Positions 30,635-40,740 are shown, counted from the first letter of the whole stretch. The stretch: 60,743 nucleotides of DNA, filler included, from Candidatus Woesearchaeota archaeon (GCA_964342845.1; 3 parts of 3 records of this genome joined end to end with filler, not necessarily neighbours in it); one strand, 5' to 3'. Numbers and translations: made by a program. The notes: a model not told the origin generated them from the sequence alone.

Positions 30635-31102
30635 TTATTTTTTCTCTTCTTTTTTAGTTTCTGTTTTTGGAGTTTCTTTTTTAACTTCTTTAGGTTTTTC
30701 AGCTTTAGTTTCTTTTGGTTCTTCTTTTTTAACTTCTGTTTTCTTTTCTTCTTTAGGTTTAGTTTCTTTAACTTCTTTTTTCTCTGGTTCTTTTTTAGCT
30801 TTTAATCTATCTTTTAATGATGTTTTTTTCTTAACTTCTTCTTTAACTTCAGGAGCATTTATCCAGTCAGCATAGAATTTATCATCTTTTTTAGTTACTT
30901 TAATTTTTATTCTTGGAGGAGGATTTTTCATTCCATGTTTCCATAATTCTTGATTTAAATATTTTCCAATTTTAAATTCTGATTTTAAGTGTCTTTTCAA
31001 ATATGCTTTTACAGTTCTAACTGATTTAGCTGTTCTTTTATAACGAGGACCTTTACTGAATTCTTTTCGTAAAGGTATTGTGTATACTTTTTCGTCTGCC
31101 AT
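30635..31102 (-). CDS. rpl31e: 50S ribosomal protein L31e with K/E-rich tail
   Basis: YTIPLR...KRTAKSV...LNQELWKHGMKNPP. Confidence 0.92.
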   Translation of the reverse strand: MADEKVYTIPLRKEFSKGPRYKRTAKSVRTVKAYLKRHLKSEFKIGKYLNQELWKHGMKNPPPRIKIKVTKKDDKFYADWINAPEVKEEVKKKTSLKDRLKAKKEPEKKEVKETKPKEEKKTEVKKEEPKETKAEKPKEVKKETPKTETKKEEKK

Positions 31103-31104
31103 CT

Positions 31105-31278
31105 TTAAGCTTTTATTTTAGTTCTTTTCCAGTGTCTTTTTCTATCTGTAACTCTAGAAGGATGGATTCTTCGTCCTGGTCCAAAAATTTTAGGTATTAC
31201 CCAGAAAGGGGCCCACCTAGTTTGTTTTAACTTTTTTGCTAATCTGATTTTTTTTGGTCTTGATTTGAATCTTGTCAT
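31105..31278 (-). CDS. rpl39e: 50S ribosomal protein L39e (57 aa, not in ORF track)
   Basis: Manual translation MTRFKSRPKKIRLAKKLKQTRWAPFWV...HPSR...KRHWKRTKIKA*; canonical position before rpl31e. Confidence 0.88.
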   Translation of the reverse strand: MTRFKSRPKKIRLAKKLKQTRWAPFWVIPKIFGPGRRIHPSRVTDRKRHWKRTKIKA

Positions 31279-31541
31279 TTTCTTTTAAATTTAAACTCCT
31301 TTTTCTGTGGTTGTATTTGTTTTATTAATTTTTTGAATTGTTCATCTGTTATTTTTTCTTGTATTTGTTGAGATTGTATTAATTGTGCGAGTAAAGTTAA
31401 GATATGTATTGCGAATTCTGGATGTGCGGTTCTTATTGTATTATATCTTGTGATAGCTTCTTTACTTAGGTGTTGCTTTACTAGCTGCTCCAGTTGTTGT
31501 ACTTGTTGCTGGAGTTTTTGGATTTCCTCTTGGTTTTCCAT
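31275..31541 (-). CDS. PDCD5-like dsDNA-binding protein
   Basis: LSKEAITRYNTIRTAHPE...ITDEQFKKLI; conserved S19e-L39e neighbourhood. Confidence 0.85.
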   Translation of the reverse strand: MENQEEIQKLQQQVQQLEQLVKQHLSKEAITRYNTIRTAHPEFAIHILTLLAQLIQSQQIQEKITDEQFKKLIKQIQPQKKEFKFKRK

Positions 31542-31938
31542 TGTTTTTTGATAATAATGATTTTCCTTTATTTGTTAATATTCTTCCTTTTCTTTTGCTT
31601 TTTTCTGGTTGAGTTATTAACTCTGCTTTTTCTAGTTGCTGGAATATTGTTCTTATTATTTTACCTGAGCCTTTGTAAGTTCTTTCAGGTTTCATTCCTC
31701 TATTTTTTTTGCCACCATATTTTGTTCTTAATTTTGAGACGCCTATTGGTCCTAAAATGTAAACTTTTCTTAGGATTGAAGCAGCTCTTTTGTACCACCA
31801 ATCTTGTTCTACTGGTGGTTTATCTCTAGCATGGGAAGTTTTAACAAATCTAGACCATTCTGGAGGTTGGATTTCTGGAATCTTCTTTAGCTTTTCTGAT
31901 ACTTCTTTTATTAGATTTTCTGGTGATTTTCTGAACAT
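31462..31938 (-). CDS. rps19e: 30S ribosomal protein S19e
   Basis: PEWSRFVKT, WWYKRAASILRK, YGGKKNRG, GSGKIIR. Confidence 0.95.
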   Translation of the reverse strand: MFRKSPENLIKEVSEKLKKIPEIQPPEWSRFVKTSHARDKPPVEQDWWYKRAASILRKVYILGPIGVSKLRTKYGGKKNRGMKPERTYKGSGKIIRTIFQQLEKAELITQPEKSKRKGRILTNKGKSLLSKNNGKPRGNPKTPATSTTTGAASKATPK

Positions 31939-32057
31939 TTTCAGATTTTTAGAGTTTTGAGGTGTTTAAAAATGTTTCTATGGGTGGTTTGTTGAGTTAA
32001 ATGGGGCGATTTAGAAATAAGATAACTATTTAAGACAGTTTTTATTTATATTTTAAA

Positions 32058-32909
32058 ATGAAACACCTTATTAAAAAAGGTAAAATTTCTATACTTATGC
32101 CTGAAGGAAAAGGAGGTGGGTTAACTAGGGAGGTACATTTGATAGAATTTGATGGAATAAGATATATAGTTAGGAGGTGTTCAAATTTAAAGAAGGCAAA
32201 ATTATACGAATTTGTTTCAAAAAAATTAGAAAAGAAAGGATTTTTACCAAAGTTTTTAGGAAGAGATGGAAAAGATGTTTTTTACGAATATGTTGAAGGG
32301 AGAGATTTGAAGCGAAAAGAAAAACTAGAGGTTTATTATCAATTAGGTAAAATTGGGGCGTATGTGAACCAAGTTAATTGTGAATATAATGTTGACCTTG
32401 ATTTTTATAAAACATTAAGAGAATTGGAGAAAGGAAATTATAATCCTTCTTCAAAAGTTTTAATGAGAAGGAAAATTAATAAAATTAGGAAAAAACCAAA
32501 AGCAGTACTATCTTTAAAAAGAAGAGAAAGAGTTTTAAAACTATATAAGTTTTTAAAGAGGGAAGTTAATCCAGAAATTACTCTTGGTATTTCTGATTTT
32601 GTTCCTGGAAATTTTAGGCTAAGAAAAGGCAAGGTATATCTAGTTGATATTGAATCAATTAAACCAAAATTTAAAGGTAGCGGAGTTGCTAAATTTTTCC
32701 TTAAATGGGCTAATACCTCTAATAAAAAAAGGAAATTTAAAGAAGGCTATCAAAGTGTATCTTCTTTAAAATATTTGACTGTTAAATATGAAGATCTTTG
32801 TTATTTGACATTTATAGTTCGGGAGTTATGGTTTAAGGCTCAAGTAGGGAGAAACTATGATTTTGATTTAGAATTGATAGATGAGTTACTTATTAAGTAT
32901 GAGCTTTGA
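32058..32909 (+). CDS. APH/kinase-like fold protein
   Basis: GGGLT glycine loop, SDFVPGNF, YLVDIES. Confidence 0.6.
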   Translation: MKHLIKKGKISILMPEGKGGGLTREVHLIEFDGIRYIVRRCSNLKKAKLYEFVSKKLEKKGFLPKFLGRDGKDVFYEYVEGRDLKRKEKLEVYYQLGKIGAYVNQVNCEYNVDLDFYKTLRELEKGNYNPSSKVLMRRKINKIRKKPKAVLSLKRRERVLKLYKFLKREVNPEITLGISDFVPGNFRLRKGKVYLVDIESIKPKFKGSGVAKFFLKWANTSNKKRKFKEGYQSVSSLKYLTVKYEDLCYLTFIVRELWFKAQVGRNYDFDLELIDELLIKYEL

Positions 32910-32959
32910 AATCTAATTTAAAGAAAGTTTTAAATATTCTTTTTCTCAAAATTTATATT

Positions 32960-35368
32960 ATGAAAAGAGGGCAATCTACTTTATTAGCTGTTTTGCTGTT
33001 AGTTGGATCTTTGCTTATATTGTGGTTATTTGTTATTTTTTTAAGTGATGCTGATTATGATTTTTTTACTGATTCTGATGATTTTTTTGTTGATTTGGTA
33101 AATCCAGGAGATGGTTTTTTGTGGGATTCTTCTGATGAAGTTGTTTTTATGTATAGTACTGTGAGTAATGAGAGTATATCTAATTGTAGTTTGTATGTTG
33201 GTGGTGTTCTTTATGATACTGATACTTATGTTACGTTGAATACGCTACAAACTTTTAAGTTAGAGTTGGTTGATGGGGATTATGATTGGCATGTTGAATG
33301 TTATGATTGGGTTGGAGAGTTGCTTGTTTCTGATGAAAGGGGGCTAACTGTTTCTTATGATGGTTCTGGAAGTGGAGGCTCTAGTGATGATTCTTCTGAT
33401 GATGATTCTGGAAGTGATTCTGGAGATGATTCAGGTGGAGGCGGAGGTGGAAGTGATGGTGGTGGAAGTGACGATGGAGGAGATGAAGGTAATGGGGAGG
33501 AGGAAATATTAGGTTGGAGTATAGTTAAACAAGCAGGAGAAGACGGTGTTGATTATTCTGTTTTGAAAGCTCCTGCTGATGATAGAATTGGATCTTTAAG
33601 TGAAAGCTATGTGATGCTTTCATGTATGCATGCTTTAAGTTCTTGGATGATTACAAATGTGGCTCAGGCTGAAAAATCTAGTTGGGAAGAACAAGATTAT
33701 GACGAAGATCCTTATAGGAAAGGGGCGATAAGGAGATTTTTAGATGATCCTAATGGTCCTCCTTCTAATCCTAGTTTTTCTGAGATTGTAGATGAATTTA
33801 CATGGGATATTATGTTGCCTAATGGTTATAATTCATTGGGTATGAAGTCTGATGTGTGGGATAAGATGCCTTTTATATATTTGATTAATGAAATGCCTCT
33901 TACTACTAGTTATAATGGTTATGATTCTCCTCAAGATATAGATGATCCTGGATGGAGATCTTTGGTAGAAGATGAGATAAAAGAGGTTGGAGAGGTGTAT
34001 TGTAAGGATAATCCTCTTTGTATAGGTATTTTTTTGGGGAATGAGCTTTGGTGGAATTATTATCTTGAGTATGGGGGTGATGATGGGGTGGCTAGCTTAG
34101 CTAAGAAAATTGATGTTGATGATACTGAGATTTATTTTTCTAAATCTGGAGTTCCTAGGGATTTTGAAGAAGGGGAGTTTATTCGTATTGATGATGAAGT
34201 TATTAAGATTGTTCAATTAGTTAGTGAGAGAGATGATTTTGAATCTGTTGCAGGTGATGGTAGTGTTGGGACTGAATTACATTATTATTGGCAAGAAGGA
34301 GATGAGAGGGTTTTTGATGCAATGATTGGTGCGCCTATCTTTAATGTTGATAAAAGTGTTGCTTCTGTTGTTTCTGTTGTTCAACAAGGAGATGAATATG
34401 ATATTATTTGGAGTGAAGATAGTTTGGATTGGGAAGAAGGAAATGTGTTTGTAGTAACTGGTGGTAAGATGATTGTTTCTAGGGGAGAGGTTGATACTCA
34501 TGTTAACTGGCCTGACGCTGTAGAAACTGAAGCTGTAAGTCATGATTATGGCACTCTTATTTTTCATGATGCACTTTATTTTGGTGAGGAAGAATGGTTT
34601 TATTATCATGAATCTTATAATACTTTTTTGATTGGATTGGTAGAAGAATATGTTCCTGCTGCTTTGATTTTTTCTAATAAGTATGCTGGTAGTTTCTTAA
34701 AAAGGAATTATGATTGGATGACTGATGATACTTTTTTAGATGCATTTGTTTTGGATGTTGGTTTTGGTGTTGATGTGATTGGAATTAATGATTATATGTC
34801 TAATGTTGTTGACGTTAATACTATGGTTGCTAGACACCAGTTGATTGATGAAGCAATTCAAGAGGTGGCTGGGAGCAGAACTGTTACTACATTTTTGGCG
34901 GAGACGAGTTATCATGCTAATGTACAGGAGAGAGAGTTGGCTTTAGAGTGGTGGATTGGTGATGGTACTGAAGAAGATCCTAATGGTGAAGGTTTTTGGA
35001 GATGGGAACTTGAAGAAAATGGAGGGACTCAGGAGATATTTTATGGTGGTTTAAGATATACTGACGATCAGTATCCACAGGTTGATGATACAGAAGAGAG
35101 AGTGGAGATGACTAGACTTGCTGTTGAGGGTGCAGAAAGATCAGGTGGTTTGGGTTATTGTTGGCATGCTGTTTTTGATCATGGGCCTTCGAACTATCCT
35201 TTTACTAGGTATAATAATTGGGGGATTTATGATCCTTTGAGAGATATTTTGTATGAAGAATTTTTAGAAGGAGTTAAAGAGATTCATAGGGATGTTATAG
35301 ATGCTAGAGAGGAGAATATGGGGATTGAGATTTGGGATCCTGAAGAGTGGGAGCCAGAAGAGATTTAA
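32960..35368 (+). CDS. Large acidic surface protein with class III (pilin-type) signal; putative glycoside-hydrolase domain
   Basis: MKRG|QS plus hydrophobic stretch; Ig-like domain; G/S/D linker; IFLGNEL and LAETSY motifs. Confidence 0.6.
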   Translation: MKRGQSTLLAVLLLVGSLLILWLFVIFLSDADYDFFTDSDDFFVDLVNPGDGFLWDSSDEVVFMYSTVSNESISNCSLYVGGVLYDTDTYVTLNTLQTFKLELVDGDYDWHVECYDWVGELLVSDERGLTVSYDGSGSGGSSDDSSDDDSGSDSGDDSGGGGGGSDGGGSDDGGDEGNGEEEILGWSIVKQAGEDGVDYSVLKAPADDRIGSLSESYVMLSCMHALSSWMITNVAQAEKSSWEEQDYDEDPYRKGAIRRFLDDPNGPPSNPSFSEIVDEFTWDIMLPNGYNSLGMKSDVWDKMPFIYLINEMPLTTSYNGYDSPQDIDDPGWRSLVEDEIKEVGEVYCKDNPLCIGIFLGNELWWNYYLEYGGDDGVASLAKKIDVDDTEIYFSKSGVPRDFEEGEFIRIDDEVIKIVQLVSERDDFESVAGDGSVGTELHYYWQEGDERVFDAMIGAPIFNVDKSVASVVSVVQQGDEYDIIWSEDSLDWEEGNVFVVTGGKMIVSRGEVDTHVNWPDAVETEAVSHDYGTLIFHDALYFGEEEWFYYHESYNTFLIGLVEEYVPAALIFSNKYAGSFLKRNYDWMTDDTFLDAFVLDVGFGVDVIGINDYMSNVVDVNTMVARHQLIDEAIQEVAGSRTVTTFLAETSYHANVQERELALEWWIGDGTEEDPNGEGFWRWELEENGGTQEIFYGGLRYTDDQYPQVDDTEERVEMTRLAVEGAERSGGLGYCWHAVFDHGPSNYPFTRYNNWGIYDPLRDILYEEFLEGVKEIHRDVIDAREENMGIEIWDPEEWEPEEI

Positions 35369-35405
35369 GGAAATATTTAAATAGACTAATTTTTATTTTA
35401 AGTTT

Positions 35406-37784
35406 ATGAAAAGAGGTGTGTCTCCTTTAATTGCTGTTATCTTGTTAATTGGATTTTTGATAATTTTAATTTTATTAATATTTTCTTGGGGGGGTGTGTT
35501 TGTTGAAGATTTATTGGAGCAAACTAGTTGTGAGATTGAGTTGAGTCAACAGTGTGGTGATATTAGTATTGAGATTAATGAGTTGAGTTATGATGGAAAT
35601 ATTTTGAGTCTTATTTTTAATAATAATGGAGATGATGATGTTAGTGCTGATTCAAAGATTATTTGTGAGGCAGAAGATAATTATTTTAGTTTTGATTTAG
35701 GAGAAACTCTTTTTGCTTTTTCTAGTGTTACTAAAGACGTAAATTGTGTGGATTATGTTTCTGTTGATTTAGTTCCTTTTGTATTTGTTGATGATAGTTG
35801 TTATGCTTTTTGTGATGGGGGCGGTTTTTCAGGGAGAGGTTTTGAAGGTGAAGATGATATTGTTCTTGATTCAAGTCCTCCAAAAATTCAAGTTGATGAT
35901 GGTCAGTTTGAGGATCCTTATGATATTAAGTCTACTTATTTTGGTGTTGGGTATGAAGTGAAAGATGCTGAGAGCAGTCTTGTTGATTTGAAGATTGAGT
36001 ATCAGTCTTGTGAAGAAGATGTTTGTGAAGATGAAGATTATACTGAGTGGGAGGATTTAGAAGAGAAAGATTTATTGGAGGATTTTAAAGATCTTATTAC
36101 TAGTTCTGAGTTTACTTCTTATCTTTTTATTTGGAATTCTTTTGAACAATTTCCTTATGATGAAGTTTTTGCGAAAATGAAGATTACTCCTGTAGATTCT
36201 TTTGGTAATGTTGGTGATTCTAGTTTTTCTCCTGAGTTCAAGATTAATAGTCAAGAGGATTTTTTGCCTCCTATTGTTTTGGATGTTGAGATTGTGGATC
36301 CTGTGTTGAAATCTGTTGATGTTACACTGGAAGATGCAACTTTTACTGTGAGAACTACATTTATGGACCAAGGAAGTTGTGGTGTGATAGGTGCGTGGAG
36401 TTCTGGTATTACTTTTAAGTCTTTTTTGAATCCTGATTATTCTGTGACTGGTCATTTTATGAGAGGCGGGGAAGCTATTCAGGATGATCCAACTAATCCT
36501 GTAAAGATTTATGATAATACTTTTACAATACCTAAGTATTGGTGGGGTGGAGATGAGTTTTATGTTTATAAGGTTCATTTATATGATGATCATGATGAAT
36601 GTAACGGGATTGCTGAAACTTATTATAAGGACGGAGAACATGGATATTTTAATGAGATTGTTGAAGATGATTATGTTGGGGTTATAAATAATGGAGATAT
36701 TGATGAAGAGCCTCCTGAATTAACTGAGTTTTATTTTGAGCAGAGTACAATAGATTATAGTCATAGTGGTGATTGTGATTTTGATTTGAATGAGAAGGCA
36801 TACTTTAATGGAAGGGTTGAGGACTCGTTATCTGGTGTTAATGGTTGTCCTTCTGTTACTTTGGTTAGTGAGGATGGTGATTTTGAGAATAATTGCTATA
36901 TTCATTATAGTAATTGTATTGAAGCTGAGGATTATAGTTATGCTGATTTTACAGGTTATTGTTGTTTTAAGATTGGGGAGCCTCCTTCTGGTGATTATTA
37001 TGTGGAGTCTTATGTAGTGGATCGTTTCTTGAATTTTAGGACTTATAATTGGGAAGATGCTGTTTTATCGGATGATGTATTATATTTGAATCCTACTGAA
37101 TATCTTGATCCTGATGATAAGGCACCTGTGTTAGAAGATATTGTTCTTTCTCATACTGAAATTTATTTGGTTCCAGGAGATGTTGTTGAATTTGAGGCAG
37201 AGATCTATGTAGATAATGTTGAGAGTTCAGAAGGTCATAAGACAGAGGATTTTTATGGGTATGGTTCGAGTTTGGAGTTTAGGTATCCTGAGCCTTATGG
37301 AGGAACCCTCTTGGGTGGTAGACCATCAACTGTTGTTGGGAATGAGCTTTATAAGATTACTAAAGATATAAGTCAAGTCATGCCTTCTGGAGAGTATGAT
37401 GTTGGATATTTAAAGTTTAAAGATTATTCTGTTGGTAATGGTTTTATTTTGGATGATGATGTTGATGGAGATGATATTTTGAATAATGTTGATTTGTGTA
37501 TTTATGATTCAAAAGATGGTTGTGAAGATGATACTGATGATGATGGGGTTTTAGATGTGGATGATAATTGCGTGACAAGGCAGAATTCGGATCAGGAGGA
37601 TTCTGGTGGAGAGTCTTACGGGGATGCTTGTGAATATTATGTTGATGGAGATTGGATATATTTTGGAGATTCTAAATATATTTTTGTTAAGACTCAGCCT
37701 GAAGAGGATTTTCCTGCTGAGGAATTGCATAGGGTAAGAGAGTTAGTTGAAGAAACTAGTTTTATTTTGAATATAATAACATAA
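35406..37784 (+). CDS. Large acidic protein with archaeal type IV pilin N-terminus and thrombospondin type 3-like repeats
   Basis: MKRG|VSPLIAVILLI; D.DGD.I.N..D.C and DNC....NSDQED...GDAC repeats. Confidence 0.75.
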   Translation: MKRGVSPLIAVILLIGFLIILILLIFSWGGVFVEDLLEQTSCEIELSQQCGDISIEINELSYDGNILSLIFNNNGDDDVSADSKIICEAEDNYFSFDLGETLFAFSSVTKDVNCVDYVSVDLVPFVFVDDSCYAFCDGGGFSGRGFEGEDDIVLDSSPPKIQVDDGQFEDPYDIKSTYFGVGYEVKDAESSLVDLKIEYQSCEEDVCEDEDYTEWEDLEEKDLLEDFKDLITSSEFTSYLFIWNSFEQFPYDEVFAKMKITPVDSFGNVGDSSFSPEFKINSQEDFLPPIVLDVEIVDPVLKSVDVTLEDATFTVRTTFMDQGSCGVIGAWSSGITFKSFLNPDYSVTGHFMRGGEAIQDDPTNPVKIYDNTFTIPKYWWGGDEFYVYKVHLYDDHDECNGIAETYYKDGEHGYFNEIVEDDYVGVINNGDIDEEPPELTEFYFEQSTIDYSHSGDCDFDLNEKAYFNGRVEDSLSGVNGCPSVTLVSEDGDFENNCYIHYSNCIEAEDYSYADFTGYCCFKIGEPPSGDYYVESYVVDRFLNFRTYNWEDAVLSDDVLYLNPTEYLDPDDKAPVLEDIVLSHTEIYLVPGDVVEFEAEIYVDNVESSEGHKTEDFYGYGSSLEFRYPEPYGGTLLGGRPSTVVGNELYKITKDISQVMPSGEYDVGYLKFKDYSVGNGFILDDDVDGDDILNNVDLCIYDSKDGCEDDTDDDGVLDVDDNCVTRQNSDQEDSGGESYGDACEYYVDGDWIYFGDSKYIFVKTQPEEDFPAEELHRVRELVEETSFILNIIT

Positions 37785-37813
37785 AAGTTTATATATTATT
37801 TAATTTTATTAAT

Positions 37814-38437
37814 ATGATGAGATTTATTAATTTAATTTTGCTTGTTTTTTTGGTTGGTTGTACTACTGGAAATGTTGTTAGTGATGTTTATGAAGAACCT
37901 GTTAAGGAAGGACCTTTTTTGGTTACAAATGTTGTTGATGGAGATACTTTAGACTTAGAGGATGGTTCAAGGGTTAGGTTGTCTGGGATAAATACTCCTG
38001 AGACTGCTGAATGTTATTATGAAGAGGCTAAAGAGAAGTTAGCAGATTTAGTTTTGGGTGAAGAGGTTTATTTGGAAAGAGATATCTCTGATACTGGTAA
38101 TTATGGAAGATTGTTGAGGTATGTTTATATTGAAGATTTATTTGTTAATGGTTTTTTAGTTAAGGAAGGATATGCAGTTGTTTATGATAAATATAAGGAT
38201 GATACTAAAAGATATGATGAGCTGAAGGAGTATGAAGAGGTTGCTGTATCTAATTCTTTAGGTGTTTGGGCTTGTGTTGATGCTAAGGATGGTTGTATGT
38301 ATGTTGCTAGTGTTAATTCTGATTTGTATCATACTCCTGATTGTAGTTATTCTAAGAAGATAAGTGAGGAGAATTTGCTTTGTTTTTACTCTGCTGAGGA
38401 AGCTGAAGAAGGAGGTCGTGAATTTTCAGGATGTTAA
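37814..38437 (+). CDS. Thermonuclease (SNase) lipoprotein with C-terminal Ada-like metal-binding domain
   Basis: LVGC lipobox, VVDGDT, RLSGINTPE, YGRLLRYV, YHTPDC. Confidence 0.9.
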   Translation: MMRFINLILLVFLVGCTTGNVVSDVYEEPVKEGPFLVTNVVDGDTLDLEDGSRVRLSGINTPETAECYYEEAKEKLADLVLGEEVYLERDISDTGNYGRLLRYVYIEDLFVNGFLVKEGYAVVYDKYKDDTKRYDELKEYEEVAVSNSLGVWACVDAKDGCMYVASVNSDLYHTPDCSYSKKISEENLLCFYSAEEAEEGGREFSGC

Positions 38438-38482
38438 AGGAGGATTAGAAGGTTATTTAAATTTTTTGTAATTCTGATATTT

Positions 38483-39418
38483 ATGGATAAAACTAGGAAA
38501 AAGAGTTTGGAGAAACAAGGGTATAGGCTAGTTGGAAATCATTCTGCTGTAAAATCATGTTTGTGGTGTAAGAAGGCTATTCGTGGAGAGGGTACTTGTT
38601 ACAAGTTCAAATTTTATGGTATCAAGAGTTGGTGTTGTATCCAGAGTAGCGTTAGTATGGATGTTTGTTCACTTAGGTGTTTGTGGTGTTGGAGGGACGT
38701 GGATTATACTATAAACAGATTTAAAGAAATTGATGAGCCTAAAGAAATATTGGATGGTTTAATTAGGGAACATAAGAAGGCTTTAGAAGGTTATTATGGT
38801 TATGATAAAGTTGATAAGGAAAGATTAAAAGAAATTTCTTCACCAAAACATGTTGCTTTGAGCCTTGCTGGAGAAAATTGTTTATATCCTAAATTGCCAG
38901 AATTGATAGAAGAAATTCATAAGAGAGGAATGACTAGTTTTTTGGTAAGTAATGGAACTGTTCCAGGTATGTTAAATAAATTGTTAGAGAATGAGGAGCC
39001 CACTCAAATGTATGTTACCTTGCCTGCTCCTAATGAAGAGGTTTTTAGAAATATGTGTAAACCTATTATGAAGAACGGTTGGGAAAAGATAATGGAAAGT
39101 TTAAAACTTTTACAGAGGTTTAAAAGATCTGCTGTTAGATTAACTTTGGTCAAAGGATTGAATATGTTGGATGTTGAAGGTTATGCAAAGATATTGAAGG
39201 GTTTGGATTTTAAATTCTTGGAGTTGAAGGCAGGAATGCCTATCGGATATGCAAGGCATAGGATGGAGTTTGAACAAATGCCAGAACATTCTGAAGTTAA
39301 AGATTTTTCTGAGAGGTTAGCTAAGTTACTTGGTTGGAAGATTATTGATGAGAAAAAAGAATCAAGAGTTGTTTTATTAATGAAAGAAGATTTTAAAGGA
39401 AGAGTTATGGAGTTTTAG
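38483..39418 (+). CDS. taw1: 4-demethylwyosine synthase Taw1/TYW1 (radical SAM)
   Basis: HSAVKSCLWC, CYKFKFYGI, CSLRCLWCWR, ALSLAGE. Confidence 0.92.
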   Translation: MDKTRKKSLEKQGYRLVGNHSAVKSCLWCKKAIRGEGTCYKFKFYGIKSWCCIQSSVSMDVCSLRCLWCWRDVDYTINRFKEIDEPKEILDGLIREHKKALEGYYGYDKVDKERLKEISSPKHVALSLAGENCLYPKLPELIEEIHKRGMTSFLVSNGTVPGMLNKLLENEEPTQMYVTLPAPNEEVFRNMCKPIMKNGWEKIMESLKLLQRFKRSAVRLTLVKGLNMLDVEGYAKILKGLDFKFLELKAGMPIGYARHRMEFEQMPEHSEVKDFSERLAKLLGWKIIDEKKESRVVLLMKEDFKGRVMEF

Positions 39419-39452
39419 AAAGTTATTTAAATTGTTAAATTAAAATTCAGGT

Positions 39453-39728
39453 ATGAAAAAAATAGATTTTATTGGAGGTTTTTTGGGTGTGGTTTTTGTT
39501 TTAATTCTATTGTTTTTGTTTAATATAGCTTCTGAGAGTTTGATAAAAGTTAGTAATTTGGTTGCTTTTCTTTTTTTGTTAGTTGGTGCTGTTTTAGGAT
39601 ATTTGTTGAGTTTGATTTTTAAGAAAGCTAAGAAGAAAGTTTTTGATTATAAGATGGGTTTTTGGTTTTTGTTTATATTGTTGGTTGTTATGATGTTAGT
39701 AGCTTCTGTTTTTATTATGAATTTTTAG
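39453..39728 (+). CDS. Small 3-TM hypothetical protein
   Basis: Three hydrophobic segments. Confidence 0.55.
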   Translation: MKKIDFIGGFLGVVFVLILLFLFNIASESLIKVSNLVAFLFLLVGAVLGYLLSLIFKKAKKKVFDYKMGFWFLFILLVVMMLVASVFIMNF

Positions 39729-40510
39729 AATGGTTTGCAAATTTCGTAGAAGTCACATTGTCCTGTAGACCATTTGCATAAAGGTGATGGTTTTTTTGTG
39801 TAATCTTCTTGTAGTTTGGAGATAGTTCTTAAATGTATTAGTTCTATTTCTTTTTTTGCTAGATCTAGTAGTTCTTGGTTTACATCTATGTGTACCTCAT
39901 CATGTTTTAAGAAGTCTATCCCTACTTTTGATGGTGTTATTCCATATTTCTTTTTGTATAACAATGCGTAGATAGCTAATTGAAGTTTGTAGTCATTTGT
40001 TATTTTAAATTTTTTAGATGTTTTATAGTCTGTAATTATGATTGAGTTATCTATATTCTGTATTGAGTCTATGAATCCTCTTGTTCTTAGGCTTTCTGAG
40101 CTTATATGTAGTTCTGTTATTGGTTTTAATTTTTTGAAATCTTGTTTTGTTTGAATTTTTTCTGTGAATCTTGTTATCCAATTAAAAACCATTCCTTCTG
40201 ATTCAGATTTATAGAATTTAAGTTCTTGTTCTGTTAGACCTAATGAATTTAATTCTTCTTTGTTATTTTCCCAAGTTGTGTTTAGATTGTCTTGTATTAT
40301 TATTTTTAGTTCGTCTTTGAAGTCTTCTGATAGAGAGTCTATATTTATTTTGAAGAATTCTTCTAGGACTGTGTGAACTATTCTTCCTCTTATTAGGTGT
40401 ATTGATGGTTTGGTTTTTAGTTTTTCGATATATTGATGATAATATTTTCTAGGGCACTGTTTATAGGTTAATATTGAGGATGGTGATTGAATTCTTTGAG
40501 TTTCTTCCAT
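39725..40510 (-). CDS. Solo Cas4/RecB-like PD-(D/E)XK nuclease
   Basis: SPSS...CPRK, GFID, DYKT, QLAIYA, C-terminal CKW....CDFYEIC. Confidence 0.85.
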   Translation of the reverse strand: MEETQRIQSPSSILTYKQCPRKYYHQYIEKLKTKPSIHLIRGRIVHTVLEEFFKINIDSLSEDFKDELKIIIQDNLNTTWENNKEELNSLGLTEQELKFYKSESEGMVFNWITRFTEKIQTKQDFKKLKPITELHISSESLRTRGFIDSIQNIDNSIIITDYKTSKKFKITNDYKLQLAIYALLYKKKYGITPSKVGIDFLKHDEVHIDVNQELLDLAKKEIELIHLRTISKLQEDYTKKPSPLCKWSTGQCDFYEICKPF

Positions 40511-40740
40511 TTAGTGTTGAATTTTAAAGCTTTTATAAAGATTTATTTAGTTGAGAATTATGTTTTTGAGGTGTTATTCTTTAAAATCTTTGAGATTCTT
40601 TGTTTTAATGTCTATTTTGGTATATAAAAGTTTAAATATGATAAAATCTAAGTGAAATATAAGGGGGGTGTTTAAAGATGTCTGAAGACCAATTTTTAAA
40701 GGCTGAACTTAAGTGGTTGTTTAGAAGGCGTTAAAATTTT

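Noticed and set aside
31462..31541. 80-nt overlap of rps19e with the PDCD5-like gene
   Set aside because: Low-complexity C-terminal run-on, most simply a lost stop codon
33361..33500. GGT/GAT-rich repetitive tract
   Set aside because: Encodes a Gly/Ser/Asp linker; not a CRISPR array or DNA repeat element
40678..40734. 18-codon ORF after a G-rich RBS-like sequence
   Set aside because: Too short, no recognisable motif
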